64,000 nt of DNA from Planctomycetota bacterium. GTDB lineage: Bacteria > Planctomycetota > UBA1135 > UBA2386. A program made the translations under genes and the position numbers. The notes beneath the pieces were generated by a model, which did not search any database, was not told where the DNA came from, and saw nothing but the letters and a program-made list of their open reading frames with translations. The number at the start of each line of letters is the position of its first letter. Positions within the stretch are counted from its first letter, which is position 1. The stretch covers positions 6,144,001 through 6,208,000 of the forward strand of contig JBKAGP010000001.1 of the NCBI GenBank assembly GCA_046290465.1. The letters are read 5' to 3'. This document shows positions 38,152-48,116 of the stretch, in pieces.

Positions 38152-40422
38152 CTACTTGGCCGTGAAGGCGCCGCGGGCGTTGCCGGACTGGCCCTTCCGC
38201 GACCAGCTCCACGTGAAGTGGATCTTGCCCTTCGGCAGCGGGTCGAGCGGCCAGAACGTCGCCATGCCGGGCGCCGAGGTGGTGCGGACCTCGCCGTCGT
38301 CGAAGACGGTGACGCCCTCGACGGCGTTGCCCTCCTTGTCGGTCACGGTGCACTGCAGGGTGCTGCGCAGGTCGATGCCGCCGCTGCTGCCGAAGTGCAT
38401 CGTCAACGGGAAGCCGATCTGCTTGTTGCCCTCGCGGCCGTGCTTCTTCAGCAGTTCTTCGGCCTCCGGGCCGAGGATCGACACGTCGACCTCGCGTTCG
38501 AAGATCAGGTTGGTGTCGTTGCGGGGCGGGTAGCAGTCGAAGCCGGCCTGCGGATCCTTCGGGTCGCCGATGCCGCTGGTCGCGTTGATGACCAGGATGT
38601 TGCCCTCGGCATACATGCCGATCGACAGCAGCGTGTGGTTGATGAACAGGTCGCGGTAGCCCGGCTTGTAGATCCACTCGTCGAACACCTTGTCGGCCTT
38701 GCTCGCCTTGACGCCGGTCTCGACGACCGCCATCTGCGCGAACAGGCGACCGGAGTAGCTGCCGCCCAGTTCGACCTTCTGCACGTGTTCGGCGCCGGGG
38801 CCGCGCTCCCCCTTGTTGGCCGCCAGGTAGTCCGCGTGGTCCTTGCAGCGGGCCGAGAACGTCGCCGACCACGTCACCGGCGCGCGCCTGTGCTCCTTGC
38901 GGCGTTCGTTGAAGGCGGCGAGCCACTTGTCGACGTCCTTGCTGATCGCGCTGACCGGCGGCGTGTTGTCGCGGATCGACTTCAGCACCGGTGAGGCCTC
39001 GGTCCAGAAGTCCTCCCACTCCTTGTCGAGCTGCGGGATCGTGACCCCGTCGGCGACCTCGGCGAACTTCGCCTCGAACTCGCCCGGCTGCTTGGCGCCG
39101 CGCTTCTTCATCTCCTGCGCGATCTGGTCCATCTTGCGCAGCAGTTCGGGGTCGCGACGCATCATGTAGTCGGTGAACGACCACGACTTGATGCGCTGCT
39201 CGTTGGTGAAGTTCGACGCCTCGCAGAACGGCAGGGTGTTGGCCGGCACGCCGCCGGTGCTCTTCCACGCCATCTCGAGGCTGAGGTTCTTCCAGACGTC
39301 GAAGTCCGGCGACTGGAACTCGCGGTCCTCTTCGCTCGCGGTGGTGCCCTGCTGCTTCTTCAGGTCGACCGCGAACAGGCGGTTGTTGTTGAACATCATG
39401 CCGACGAACGTGTGGCCGATGCCCTCGTTGTAGGCGGTCGCCCCGAAGCCCGAGTAGATGCCGGCGACGTTGCGCACGCACGCGTCGAGCAGCACCTGCC
39501 GGCCGGACGTCGAGCCTACGCGGACGCCGGCGATCGTGCTGGCCGACGAGTTCTCGAGCTTCCACTCGAGGTCCGGAACCTGGTTGGCCCTGAGGATCTG
39601 CTGGTAGCTCTCCTTGGCGGTGAAGAACGCCCAGTCGAGCGGCCACTTGCCGTCCGCATACTGCCACGGGAACGCGACCTTGCAGACCCGCAGCGCCCGC
39701 TCGGCCCACTGCAGCGCGTCGTGCAGGTTGGCTTCTTCCTCCTCGTCACCGTGCAGCGTGAAGTGTTCGCTGCGCACGGTGATGTAGGGCACCTGCGCCT
39801 GCTGCACCGGCTTGCAGTCGACACCTTCGACGCGCTCGGTCTCGTATTCGACGCCGGCCTGCTCCTCGACCGCCTTCTCGATCATCTTGCTGCGCTCGTA
39901 GAGCGTCTTCTCCAGGTCGGTGCCGCTGAGCCCGCCGACCTCCTGGTGCGACAGCGCCTTCGACGCGTCCCCGTCTTCCTTGAGGAACCGCAGCACCATC
40001 TTCCAGTGGTGCATCGCGCGGTCGCGGCGGCCGGCCTTCTCGTACTTCTTGGCCATCGACTTGTGCTGGCCGGCGAGCTTCTTCTCGAGCGAACGGTACT
40101 GCGACTGCAGCGGCTTGCCGTCGCTGCCCTTGCCGGTGTCCTTGGTCGGGTACGGCCGCCGCGTGTCGAGCACCCAGGAGCTGCCGTTCTTGACGTAGCC
40201 GAGCGCCGTCCAGGCATCCTCGTTGTCCGGGTCGTACAGCTTGATGGTCTTCAGCCAGACAACCTTGGCGATGCGCGGGAAGCCCTTGTCGAACGCCTTC
40301 TTGGCGTAGGCGTTCAGCGCCTTGGCCTGGCGCTGGTTGAACTGGGCTTCTTCGCTTTGCGCGGCGACCATCGCGGTCGTCGCCAGCGCGAACAGGGATA
40401 GCAGGAGTGCTCGTTGGATCAT
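38152..40422 (-). CDS. exported multidomain protein with TPR-like N-terminus and CAP/SCP-like domain
   Basis: Signal peptide; FNERRKEHRRAPVTWS...CKDHADYL...WIYKPGYRDLFIN.....IG. Confidence 0.75.
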   Translation of the reverse strand: MIQRALLLSLFALATTAMVAAQSEEAQFNQRQAKALNAYAKKAFDKGFPRIAKVVWLKTIKLYDPDNEDAWTALGYVKNGSSWVLDTRRPYPTKDTGKGSDGKPLQSQYRSLEKKLAGQHKSMAKKYEKAGRRDRAMHHWKMVLRFLKEDGDASKALSHQEVGGLSGTDLEKTLYERSKMIEKAVEEQAGVEYETERVEGVDCKPVQQAQVPYITVRSEHFTLHGDEEEEANLHDALQWAERALRVCKVAFPWQYADGKWPLDWAFFTAKESYQQILRANQVPDLEWKLENSSASTIAGVRVGSTSGRQVLLDACVRNVAGIYSGFGATAYNEGIGHTFVGMMFNNNRLFAVDLKKQQGTTASEEDREFQSPDFDVWKNLSLEMAWKSTGGVPANTLPFCEASNFTNEQRIKSWSFTDYMMRRDPELLRKMDQIAQEMKKRGAKQPGEFEAKFAEVADGVTIPQLDKEWEDFWTEASPVLKSIRDNTPPVSAISKDVDKWLAAFNERRKEHRRAPVTWSATFSARCKDHADYLAANKGERGPGAEHVQKVELGGSYSGRLFAQMAVVETGVKASKADKVFDEWIYKPGYRDLFINHTLLSIGMYAEGNILVINATSGIGDPKDPQAGFDCYPPRNDTNLIFEREVDVSILGPEAEELLKKHGREGNKQIGFPLTMHFGSSGGIDLRSTLQCTVTDKEGNAVEGVTVFDDGEVRTTSAPGMATFWPLDPLPKGKIHFTWSWSRKGQSGNARGAFTAK

Positions 40423-40633
40423 GGAGTGCAGGTGGCTCGGTGGGGTCGATGCTTCGGACCCGTCCAGTCTAACGGCGTGGCGCGCCCGTCGCGATTCGGC
40501 TTTGCGCGCGCCGGGCGACTCGCCATACTGCTCGCCCTCGAAATCGCGAGCCGGGCCGCCGGATGCGGCCGGTTCGCAGCACAGGATCCCGCCCGGGGAT
40601 CCGCAGCAGAGCCCCCAACATGAGGACCACAAC

Positions 40634-41725
40634 ATGAGCACCGTCTACGACCTCGCGGTCCTGCGCGGCGACGGCATCGGCGCCGAAGTCGTCAACGAAG
40701 CCCTCAAGGTCCTCGACGCGATCGAGCAGGTCTACGGCTTCCGGACGAAGCGCGAGGACCTGCCGTACGGCGCCGAGCACTTCTTGAAGACCGGCGAGAC
40801 GATGCCCGACGCCGCGTTCGACCGCCTGCGCGACATGCACGCGGTGCTGTTCGGCGCGGTGGGCGACCCGCGCATCGAGGTCGGCAAGCTCGAGTTCGCG
40901 ATCATCGCCGGCCTGCGCCACAAGCTCGACCTGTTCGTCAACCTGCGCCCGATCAAGCTCTACCACGAGTCGCTGTGCCCGCTGAAGGGCAAGAAGCCGG
41001 AGCACATCGACATGATGTTCTGCCGCGAGAACACCGAGGACGCCTACGCCGGCATCCACGGCGCGACCAAGAAGGGCACGCCGGACGAGATCTCGATGCA
41101 GCAGATGCTCTACACCCGCAAGGGCACCGAGCGCATCATCCGCTACGCGTTCGAGCTGGCGAAGCAGCGCGGCCCGACCGGCGGCCGCAGCAAGCCGAAG
41201 GTCTCGCTGGTCGACAAGGCCAACGCGGTGCGCGCGCAGGAGCTGTGGACGCGCACCTTCCGGGAGGTCGCGGCCGAATACCCGGACATCGACACCGACC
41301 ACGCCTACATCGACGCGGCGTGCATGTTCATGGTCAAGGACCCCGAGCGCTTCGACGTCGGCGTCACCACCAACCTGTTCGGCGACATCATCACCGACCT
41401 CGGCGCGGAGCTGGTCGGCGGCATCGGCATCGCGGCGTCGGGCAACATCCACCCCGGCCAGGTCTCGATGTTCGAGGGCATCCACGGCTCGGCGCCGGAC
41501 ATCGCCGGCAAGGACGTCGCCAGCCCGATCGCCACGATCCTGGCGACCGCGCTGATGCTCGACCACGTCGGCCAGCACGATGCCAAGGCCGAGCTCGAGG
41601 CGACCGTCGCGCAACTGCTGCAGGACGGCCGGATCCGCAGCTTGCGCGACGGCGAACACAAGTGCAGCGAACTCGGTGACATGGTCCGTGACGCCGTGCT
41701 GGCGCGCGCCGGCGTGCGCAGCTGA
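40634..41725 (+). CDS. leuB: 3-isopropylmalate (beta-decarboxylating) dehydrogenase family
   Basis: GDGIGAEV, FGAVG, NLRP, RENTE, VDKAN, NLFGDIITD, HGSAPDIAG. Substrate specificity not certain. Confidence 0.8.
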   Translation: MSTVYDLAVLRGDGIGAEVVNEALKVLDAIEQVYGFRTKREDLPYGAEHFLKTGETMPDAAFDRLRDMHAVLFGAVGDPRIEVGKLEFAIIAGLRHKLDLFVNLRPIKLYHESLCPLKGKKPEHIDMMFCRENTEDAYAGIHGATKKGTPDEISMQQMLYTRKGTERIIRYAFELAKQRGPTGGRSKPKVSLVDKANAVRAQELWTRTFREVAAEYPDIDTDHAYIDAACMFMVKDPERFDVGVTTNLFGDIITDLGAELVGGIGIAASGNIHPGQVSMFEGIHGSAPDIAGKDVASPIATILATALMLDHVGQHDAKAELEATVAQLLQDGRIRSLRDGEHKCSELGDMVRDAVLARAGVRS

Positions 41726-41823
41726 TCCAGAACCTCGAAGAAGGCGTGCCGATCGGTCACGCAGCTGCGTAGGGCGAAGCGTCGTCCGGCGGGTCGACTG
41801 GCCTGCCGCCACTCGCCTCGCCC

Positions 41824-43557
41824 ATGACCGCCCGCCTTCTCGTCCGCCTCGCCGTATGTCTGGGGTTCGCCGCCTCGGCGCTGGCCCAGGCTCCGCACCC
41901 CTCGCCGCGTCGCGCGCAGGCGCCGCCGCGCCTGCTCGATGCGCTTTCGGTGCGCAGTGGGGCAGTCGCGAAGCTCACGTTCGACCCGGCGGTCGACCGC
42001 TCGCTGGAGCTCGACCTCGGCGGGGTCCGGCGCCGGCTGGTGGTCGCACCGCACGACCTGCGCGGTCCCGACTACCAACTGCTCGAGCGCCGCGGCGGCG
42101 CGCTGGTGCCGGTCGAGGCCGGGCCGACGACGACCTTCCGCGGCGCGATCGACGGCCGTCCCGGCAGCCGGGTCGCCCTGCACGTCGACGCCGGCTCGAT
42201 CCGTGCGCTGGTCGTCGACGGCGACCGCAGCTGGGCGGTGCAGCCGCTGCGCGACGTCGACGATGCCGCCGATCCGTCGCTGCACGTCGTCTACCGCGGT
42301 GCCGACGTGCAGCAGGGCTTCGGCCACTGCGGCGTCGCGGCGCTTGCCGCCGGCGCCGGCACGACCGTGCAGCCCGACTCGGTCTACGAGTGCGAGCTGG
42401 CGCTCGAGGCCGACCACGCGCTGTTCCTTCTCAACACCAGCAACACGCTGGCGACCCAGAACGAGGTGCTCGGCGTGCTCAACGCCGTCGACGTGATCTT
42501 CCAGAACGACCTGACCGTCACGTTCCAGGTGCCGCAGCTGGTCGTCGACGTGACGCCGGATCCGTACACGACCAGCGTCGCGAGCCAGCTGCTCGGAGAG
42601 CTGCAGACCGCGTGGAACACGACCTACGCGGCGGTCCCGCGCGACGTCGTGCACCTGTTCAGCGGCCGCGCGATCGGCGCCGCGAGCGGTGGCACGGTCG
42701 GCTTCGCGTACGACGCGACGGTCTGCGATCCAGCCAACGCCTACGGCCTGTCCGAGACCCGCTGGAGTGCCAACTTCGCGCTGCGCGCCGGCCTCGTCGC
42801 GCACGAACTCGGCCACAACTTCGGCGCCAGCCACTGCGACCTGACGCCGGCCTGCAGCCTGATGTGTTCGGCCATCGGCCAGTGCTCCGGCGTGACCGCG
42901 TCGTTCGGCGCGACCGCGGTGGGGGAGATGCAGGCCTACCTGCAGTCGGTCGGCTGCCTGACGGTGGTGCCGACGGTGCCGCAGATCAGCAGCGCCAGTC
43001 CGGCGCTGGTCGCGACGGTGGCGCCGCCGATGGTGACGCTGGGCGGCAGCGGCTTCCTCGGCACGACGACGGTGACCATCGGCGGCCAGCCGCTGGTCGG
43101 CGGGTTCACGGTGCTGAGCGACACCCAGCTCTGCTTCACGCCGCCGGCGGGGCTGCCGCTCGGCGTGCAGATGGCGACCGTCAGCAATCCTGCCGGCACC
43201 AGCAACGCGACGTTCCTGGTCTACCAGGCGTCGGATCCGTGCCAGCTGGTGGTGCCCGACATCACGCAGGCGAACGCCCCGTTCACGTGGCGTCTGGGCG
43301 GCTGGCCCAACGGCACCGGCTACCTCGGGGTCAGCCTGGTCGATTCCAACGTGCCGCTGCAGGGCTTTCCGGTGCTGAGCCAGTTCTTGACGCTTTGGTC
43401 GGGCCCGCTCGACGCGCGCGGCATGGCCACGGTCACGGTGCCGCAGGTGCCGGCGCTGTTGAGCGGCTTTCCGTTCTACTCGCAGCTGATCGACGGGGTG
43501 ACCGGTACCGGCACGGTGCGCAGCGCGTCGCTGGTGTATCGCACGTTGGTTCTCTGA
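41824..43557 (+). CDS. exported M12B/reprolysin-like zinc metallopeptidase with IPT/TIG domain
   Basis: HELGHNFGASH, Met-turn CSLM, propeptide cysteine (HCG), TIG-like VTLGGSGF..TTVTIGG. Confidence 0.9.
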   Translation: MTARLLVRLAVCLGFAASALAQAPHPSPRRAQAPPRLLDALSVRSGAVAKLTFDPAVDRSLELDLGGVRRRLVVAPHDLRGPDYQLLERRGGALVPVEAGPTTTFRGAIDGRPGSRVALHVDAGSIRALVVDGDRSWAVQPLRDVDDAADPSLHVVYRGADVQQGFGHCGVAALAAGAGTTVQPDSVYECELALEADHALFLLNTSNTLATQNEVLGVLNAVDVIFQNDLTVTFQVPQLVVDVTPDPYTTSVASQLLGELQTAWNTTYAAVPRDVVHLFSGRAIGAASGGTVGFAYDATVCDPANAYGLSETRWSANFALRAGLVAHELGHNFGASHCDLTPACSLMCSAIGQCSGVTASFGATAVGEMQAYLQSVGCLTVVPTVPQISSASPALVATVAPPMVTLGGSGFLGTTTVTIGGQPLVGGFTVLSDTQLCFTPPAGLPLGVQMATVSNPAGTSNATFLVYQASDPCQLVVPDITQANAPFTWRLGGWPNGTGYLGVSLVDSNVPLQGFPVLSQFLTLWSGPLDARGMATVTVPQVPALLSGFPFYSQLIDGVTGTGTVRSASLVYRTLVL

Positions 43558-43592
43558 GCTGGGGTTCTCTGAGCTGGGGTTCTCTGTGCTGG
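43548..43592. repeat. 15-bp tandem repeat x3 (GGTTCTCTGAGCTGG) spanning a stop codon
   Basis: The first copy contains the peptidase TGA. Confidence 0.88.
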
Positions 43593-43986
43593 GGGCCTTT
43601 GCGTCGCGGCTTCGGAGCCGGGGCCTCCGATCGTGATTCCCCGATCGTGACCATCTGCGCCCCGGGTGTGCGACCGACGGTTCAGACCCGCGGCGGGGCG
43701 GTCCGGATCCGCCAGCGCGGCGGGGCGACCTCGGCTGCTTCGTCACGGCGCGGCAGCAACTCTGGGCGGGAGGCAGAACGGGAATCCAGCGGGACTTCTG
43801 CAGGTCGGCTCATGATGGTCGGGCCCCGGAAGCGAGGCGTTCCCCTTCCCGTGGCGCCGACGGGGGCAACCGAGACCATTCCGTTACGTGGGCAATCGGC
43901 GCGCTCTGCGTAACCGGCACCTATCGTGGGCCTCACGACGTTCGTGGCTGTCCCCCGATCGTCCGTAACGACAATCCTCAGGAGTC

Positions 43987-44823
43987 ATGATGAAGATCCG
44001 TATCGCTTCCACCCTGCTCGCGCTGGCGCTTCCCCTGGTCGCCCAAGAGCCCGCCTCGTCGCAGGTCGAGGCGGTCTTCTACAAGGCCTACTACCTCGAA
44101 AAGGGCCAGCGTGACTTCGCCGGCGCCATGGCGCTCTACCAGCAGTTCCTGGAGAAGGCCCCGAGCCACAAGCTGGCCAAGGAAGCCGCCAAGCAGCAGT
44201 TCCGCCTGCTGGACCGCACCGGCAAGTCCAAGGAGCGCGACGCGTTCCAGGCCAAGTACAAGGAACTGATCGGCAACATGACGGCCGGCTCGTCGCGTCC
44301 GGCGCGTCCCGATCGCGGCGAAGGCGGCGACCGCGCGGAGCGCGGCGGCCGTGAGCGCGGCGGCTTCGGTGGCCGTGGCGGCCGCGGTGGCGGCATGCGC
44401 GGCGTGATGCAGCTGATGCGCGGCGACGCCAAGGTGTCGGAGATGTCGAAGGAGCAGCTTGAGCAGCTCAAGGAAGGCGTCGCGGGCGCCGAAGGCATGA
44501 TCGACCGGATGCGTCAGTTCGTCGGCGAAGAGGCCGCGGCCAAGATGGAGAAGGCGACGGCCGACCTCAAGAAGGCGCTCGAAGCCGGCAAGATGGAGGA
44601 CGCCGACAAGGCCCTCAACGCGCTGAAGGAAGCGTTCCCGACGCGCGGTGGCCGTGGTCGCCGTGGCGACCAGGGTGGCCGTGGCCGAGGCCGCGGCGGT
44701 GAAGAAGGCGGCGCCGGTGGCCGTGGCCGTCAGGGTCGCGGCGGCGAAGGCCGCGGTCGCCAGGGTCGCGGTGGCGGCGCCGGTGGCGGCAGCAACAACG
44801 GTGGCGGCGGCGGCGGCAACTGA
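43987..44823 (+). CDS. exported protein with TPR-like N-terminus and RGG-rich low-complexity regions
   Basis: AGGAG RBS, signal peptide, strong codon bias, RGG/GRG tracts. Confidence 0.85.
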   Translation: MMKIRIASTLLALALPLVAQEPASSQVEAVFYKAYYLEKGQRDFAGAMALYQQFLEKAPSHKLAKEAAKQQFRLLDRTGKSKERDAFQAKYKELIGNMTAGSSRPARPDRGEGGDRAERGGRERGGFGGRGGRGGGMRGVMQLMRGDAKVSEMSKEQLEQLKEGVAGAEGMIDRMRQFVGEEAAAKMEKATADLKKALEAGKMEDADKALNALKEAFPTRGGRGRRGDQGGRGRGRGGEEGGAGGRGRQGRGGEGRGRQGRGGGAGGGSNNGGGGGGN

Positions 44824-44942
44824 GCTCCGACGACCGTTCCGCTCGAACGGCCGCGCGCGGTGGGCATCGCCCCTGCGCGCGGCCGTTCTGCGTACCGCGG
44901 GTGCGGCTGGCGCCGGCGCGGTGGATCGGCGAGCATGACGAC

Positions 44943-46514
44943 GTGGCGCCAAAGACGATCGATCCGGTCCAGCTCGAGGTGTTCCATCACCTGCTCGGCG
45001 CCTACTGCGAGGAGGCCGGCGCGAGGCTGCGGCTGAGCGCGATCAGCCCCAACATCCGCGAACGCGCCGACTACTCGGTCGCGGTGTTCGACCGCGATGG
45101 TCGACTGGTCGCACAGGCCGCCCACATTCCGGTGCACCTCGGCAGCGCGGGCGACGCCGTGCGCGCGGTGCGCGAACAGCTCGACCTGGTCGACGGCGAC
45201 GTCGCGATCCTCAACGATCCCTACTGCGGCGGCACCCACCTGCCCGACGTGACGATGGTGCGCCCGGTGTTCGTTGGCGGCGCGCGCCGCGCCGAGTGGT
45301 TCGTCGTCAACCGCGCCCACCACGCCGACATCGGCGGCGCGACGCCCGGCTCGATGGGCATCGCGCGCGACCTGTTCGCCGAAGGCCTGGTGCTGCCGCC
45401 GGTCCACTTCCGCCGTCGCGGCGACCTGCAGCGGGACCTGCTGCGACTGTTGTCGCGCAACGTGCGCGGCGCCGAAGAACGGCTGGTCGACCTGCGTGCG
45501 CAGGAGGCGAGCCTGACGCAGCTCGGCCAGCGATTGCTCGCGCTCGTCGACCAGCACGGCCTCGGCACCGTGCGTCGCACGACCGCCGCGTTGATGGACT
45601 ACAGCGAACGGTCCGGCCGTGCGATGCTGCGGCAGCTGCCGCGCGGCACGTTCCGCGCGCAGGACGCGCTCGACGACGACGGCCTCGGCAACGGCCCGCT
45701 CGCGATCGACCTGCGGCTGACGATCGCGCGCGATCGCGCGACGTTCGACTGGACCGGCACCTGCGACCAGGCAGAGGGCGGGGTCAACGCCAACCGCGGC
45801 ATCGCGATGGCCGCCTGCGTCTACGCGATCCGCTGCCTGTGCCCCGGCCGCCTGCCGACGAACGAAGGGCTGTTCCGGCTGCTGCGGCTGGTCACGCGAC
45901 CGGGCAGCATGGTCGACCCGCGCTCGCCGGCGCCGGTCGCCGGCGGCAACGTCGAGACCAGCCAGCGGCTGGTCGACACCGCCTTCCAGGCGCTGGCGGC
46001 GGCAGCGCCCGAGCGCGTGCCGGCGGCGTCGGCCGGCACCATGAGCAACCTGACGTTCGGCGGCTTGACCCGCGACGGCCGCGAGTTCGCCAGCTACGAG
46101 ACGCTGCCCGGCGGCGCCGGCGCCAGCGGCATGGCCGGCGGCCAGTCGGCGATCCAGACCCACATGACCAACACCCGCAACACCCCGATCGAAGAACTCG
46201 AACAGCGCGCGCCGCTGCGGGTGCGGGCGCTGTCGGTGCGCCGCGGCAGCGGCGGCCGCGGCGCGCGCCGCGGCGGCGACGGCCTGGTCAAGGAGGTCGA
46301 GGTGCTCGAGCCGCTGCACGGCGCGTTCCTCGGCGAACGCCAGCTAAGCGGTCCGCCGGGCGCGGCCGGCGGGCGGCCCGGCAAGCCCGGACGGCTGCAC
46401 GTCGAGCGCGGCGGCCGGCGCACGCGGCTGCCGGCGAAGACCAGCTTCGATCTGGCGGCGGGGGACGTCGTCATCGTCGAGACTCCGGGAGGAGGAGGCC
46501 ATGGCAAGGACTAG
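44943..46514 (+). CDS. hydantoinase B/oxoprolinase family protein
   Basis: SPNIRERADYS, HIPVHLGS, NDPY.GGTHLPD, HHADIGG, GTMSN, ETPGGGGHG. Confidence 0.92.
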   Translation: MAPKTIDPVQLEVFHHLLGAYCEEAGARLRLSAISPNIRERADYSVAVFDRDGRLVAQAAHIPVHLGSAGDAVRAVREQLDLVDGDVAILNDPYCGGTHLPDVTMVRPVFVGGARRAEWFVVNRAHHADIGGATPGSMGIARDLFAEGLVLPPVHFRRRGDLQRDLLRLLSRNVRGAEERLVDLRAQEASLTQLGQRLLALVDQHGLGTVRRTTAALMDYSERSGRAMLRQLPRGTFRAQDALDDDGLGNGPLAIDLRLTIARDRATFDWTGTCDQAEGGVNANRGIAMAACVYAIRCLCPGRLPTNEGLFRLLRLVTRPGSMVDPRSPAPVAGGNVETSQRLVDTAFQALAAAAPERVPAASAGTMSNLTFGGLTRDGREFASYETLPGGAGASGMAGGQSAIQTHMTNTRNTPIEELEQRAPLRVRALSVRRGSGGRGARRGGDGLVKEVEVLEPLHGAFLGERQLSGPPGAAGGRPGKPGRLHVERGGRRTRLPAKTSFDLAAGDVVIVETPGGGGHGKD

Positions 46515-46926
46515 GAGGATGTTCTCGCTGTCGGTGCTGCTCGCTGCGGCGTGCAGCTCACCGGGCTACAGTCCGTTCCCGCTCGACCTCGGTGACGAGC
46601 TGCCCGAGGACGCGTTCGCGCGCTGCCGCGAGGTGCTGCTGCGTCGCTACGAGACGCTGACCCGTTCGGACGCCGACGGCTTCCTGCTGCAGACCGACTG
46701 GGCGGCCAGCCAGGATCCGCCGGGCGAACGGCGCGCGTCGGTGTTCCGCGACCCCGTGGTCGACGGCAGCCTGTCGGTGGTCGTCGAGCTGCGCCGCGTC
46801 AAGCTGCCGATGTTCGGGTTGCCCGGGTGGACCGAGCCGCGCGGCGATCCCGCCGCCGAACGCGAACTGGCCGAGGTGCTGCGCGAGGCGCTGGCCGACC
46901 CGGAGCCGATCGGGTTCTCGAAGTAG
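46501..46926 (+). CDS. hypothetical lipoprotein
   Basis: Lipobox LAAAC; overlaps the upstream stop, with an AGGAGG RBS. Confidence 0.75.
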   Translation: MARTRRMFSLSVLLAAACSSPGYSPFPLDLGDELPEDAFARCREVLLRRYETLTRSDADGFLLQTDWAASQDPPGERRASVFRDPVVDGSLSVVVELRRVKLPMFGLPGWTEPRGDPAAERELAEVLREALADPEPIGFSK

Positions 46927-46949
46927 GCACGCGCGGTCGGTGCGACGCC

Positions 46950-48050
46950 TCAGGCGGGTGGCCCGGCCAGCGCCAGCGCGCGGGCCAGCTGGCCGTCCGG
47001 GTCGCGGCGGCGACGCGCGCGTTCGACCAGGCGCACGGCGGCCGGCTCGCGGCCGCGCAGCTCCAGCAGGCGGGCGCGCGCCAGCACCAGCGCCGCGCGG
47101 GGGACGTCGGCGCAGCGACGCGCGCGCCGCAGCGCCTCGGTCGCGGCGGGCGCGTCGCGCTCGACGCAGCAGCACTCGAACAACCACAGCCAGCCGGCGG
47201 CGCGATCGGGCTGCAGCTCGACGGCGGTGCGCAGCAGTTCCCGCGGCGTCGGCGGGCGCCGCGGCCGGCGCCGCAGCCACGGCTGCAGCGCGCGCCGCAC
47301 GGCCAGCGTCGACGGCTGCACCGGGAAGCGCTGCGCCAGCCGCCGCAGCCGGTCGAGCCGCGCCGGCAGGTCCAGTGTCGGTGGCGCGTCGAGTTCGTGC
47401 ACGGCGTGCCGCACCCGCAGCAGATCGGCGGCGAGGCCGACCATCGCTTCGGCGGTGCGCGCCTGCCAGAACCGTCGGCGGTCCTCGTCCCAGCCGAGCC
47501 GGGCGGCGAGTTCGTCGAGTTGCCGGCGCAGCCGGCGGCGGCCGAGCCCGGCCCGGCGGGCGGACTCGGCGACGTTGGCTCGGCCGTTGTGCAGCGGCAC
47601 CAGCGGCGGCAGCTCGACGCCCGGCAGGCAGGTCGGCTCGGTAGCTGCGGATGGCTCGGCGACTTCGGATGGCTCGGTGATCCCGGGTGGCTCGGCGATC
47701 CCCGACGGCTCTGCGATCCAGGTCGCCTCGGCGGTCCCCGACGGTTCGTCGAGCAGCGGCTGGCAGCGTCGCTGGTGCCGGCGCAGGCCGTACAGGGTGC
47801 GTTCGGTGACCTGCATCCAGCGGGCGTGGCGGTCGCGTTCGGGCATCGCGACGATCTCGCTCGCGTGCGTCAGGCAGTCGACGGACAGCTCCTGGACGAC
47901 GTCGTCGCGCAGCTGCGCCAGCTGCGCGGCAGGGATCGCCTTCCAGGCGCCGATGCGGCGCAGCACCCCGGGCAGCAGCCGGCTCTCGAAGCCGGCGAGC
48001 AGCGACAGGGCCCGGTTGCGGTCGGAATCGGTGGGGCGGGGCTCGCTCAT
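46950..48050 (-). CDS. divergent ECF-sigma-like protein with C-terminal TPR-like extension
   Basis: DDVVQEL...ARWMQVTERTL (region 2-like), AEPS repeat linker, HTH NVAESARRAGLGRRRLRRQL, TPR-like tail. Confidence 0.55.
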   Translation of the reverse strand: MSEPRPTDSDRNRALSLLAGFESRLLPGVLRRIGAWKAIPAAQLAQLRDDVVQELSVDCLTHASEIVAMPERDRHARWMQVTERTLYGLRRHQRRCQPLLDEPSGTAEATWIAEPSGIAEPPGITEPSEVAEPSAATEPTCLPGVELPPLVPLHNGRANVAESARRAGLGRRRLRRQLDELAARLGWDEDRRRFWQARTAEAMVGLAADLLRVRHAVHELDAPPTLDLPARLDRLRRLAQRFPVQPSTLAVRRALQPWLRRRPRRPPTPRELLRTAVELQPDRAAGWLWLFECCCVERDAPAATEALRRARRCADVPRAALVLARARLLELRGREPAAVRLVERARRRRDPDGQLARALALAGPPA

Positions 48051-48116
48051 TCCAACCTTGGGTGGTGTTCCGGGGGCAACTCGTTATGCTCGCCGCCCTT
48101 TTCCGCTGCGCGAACC

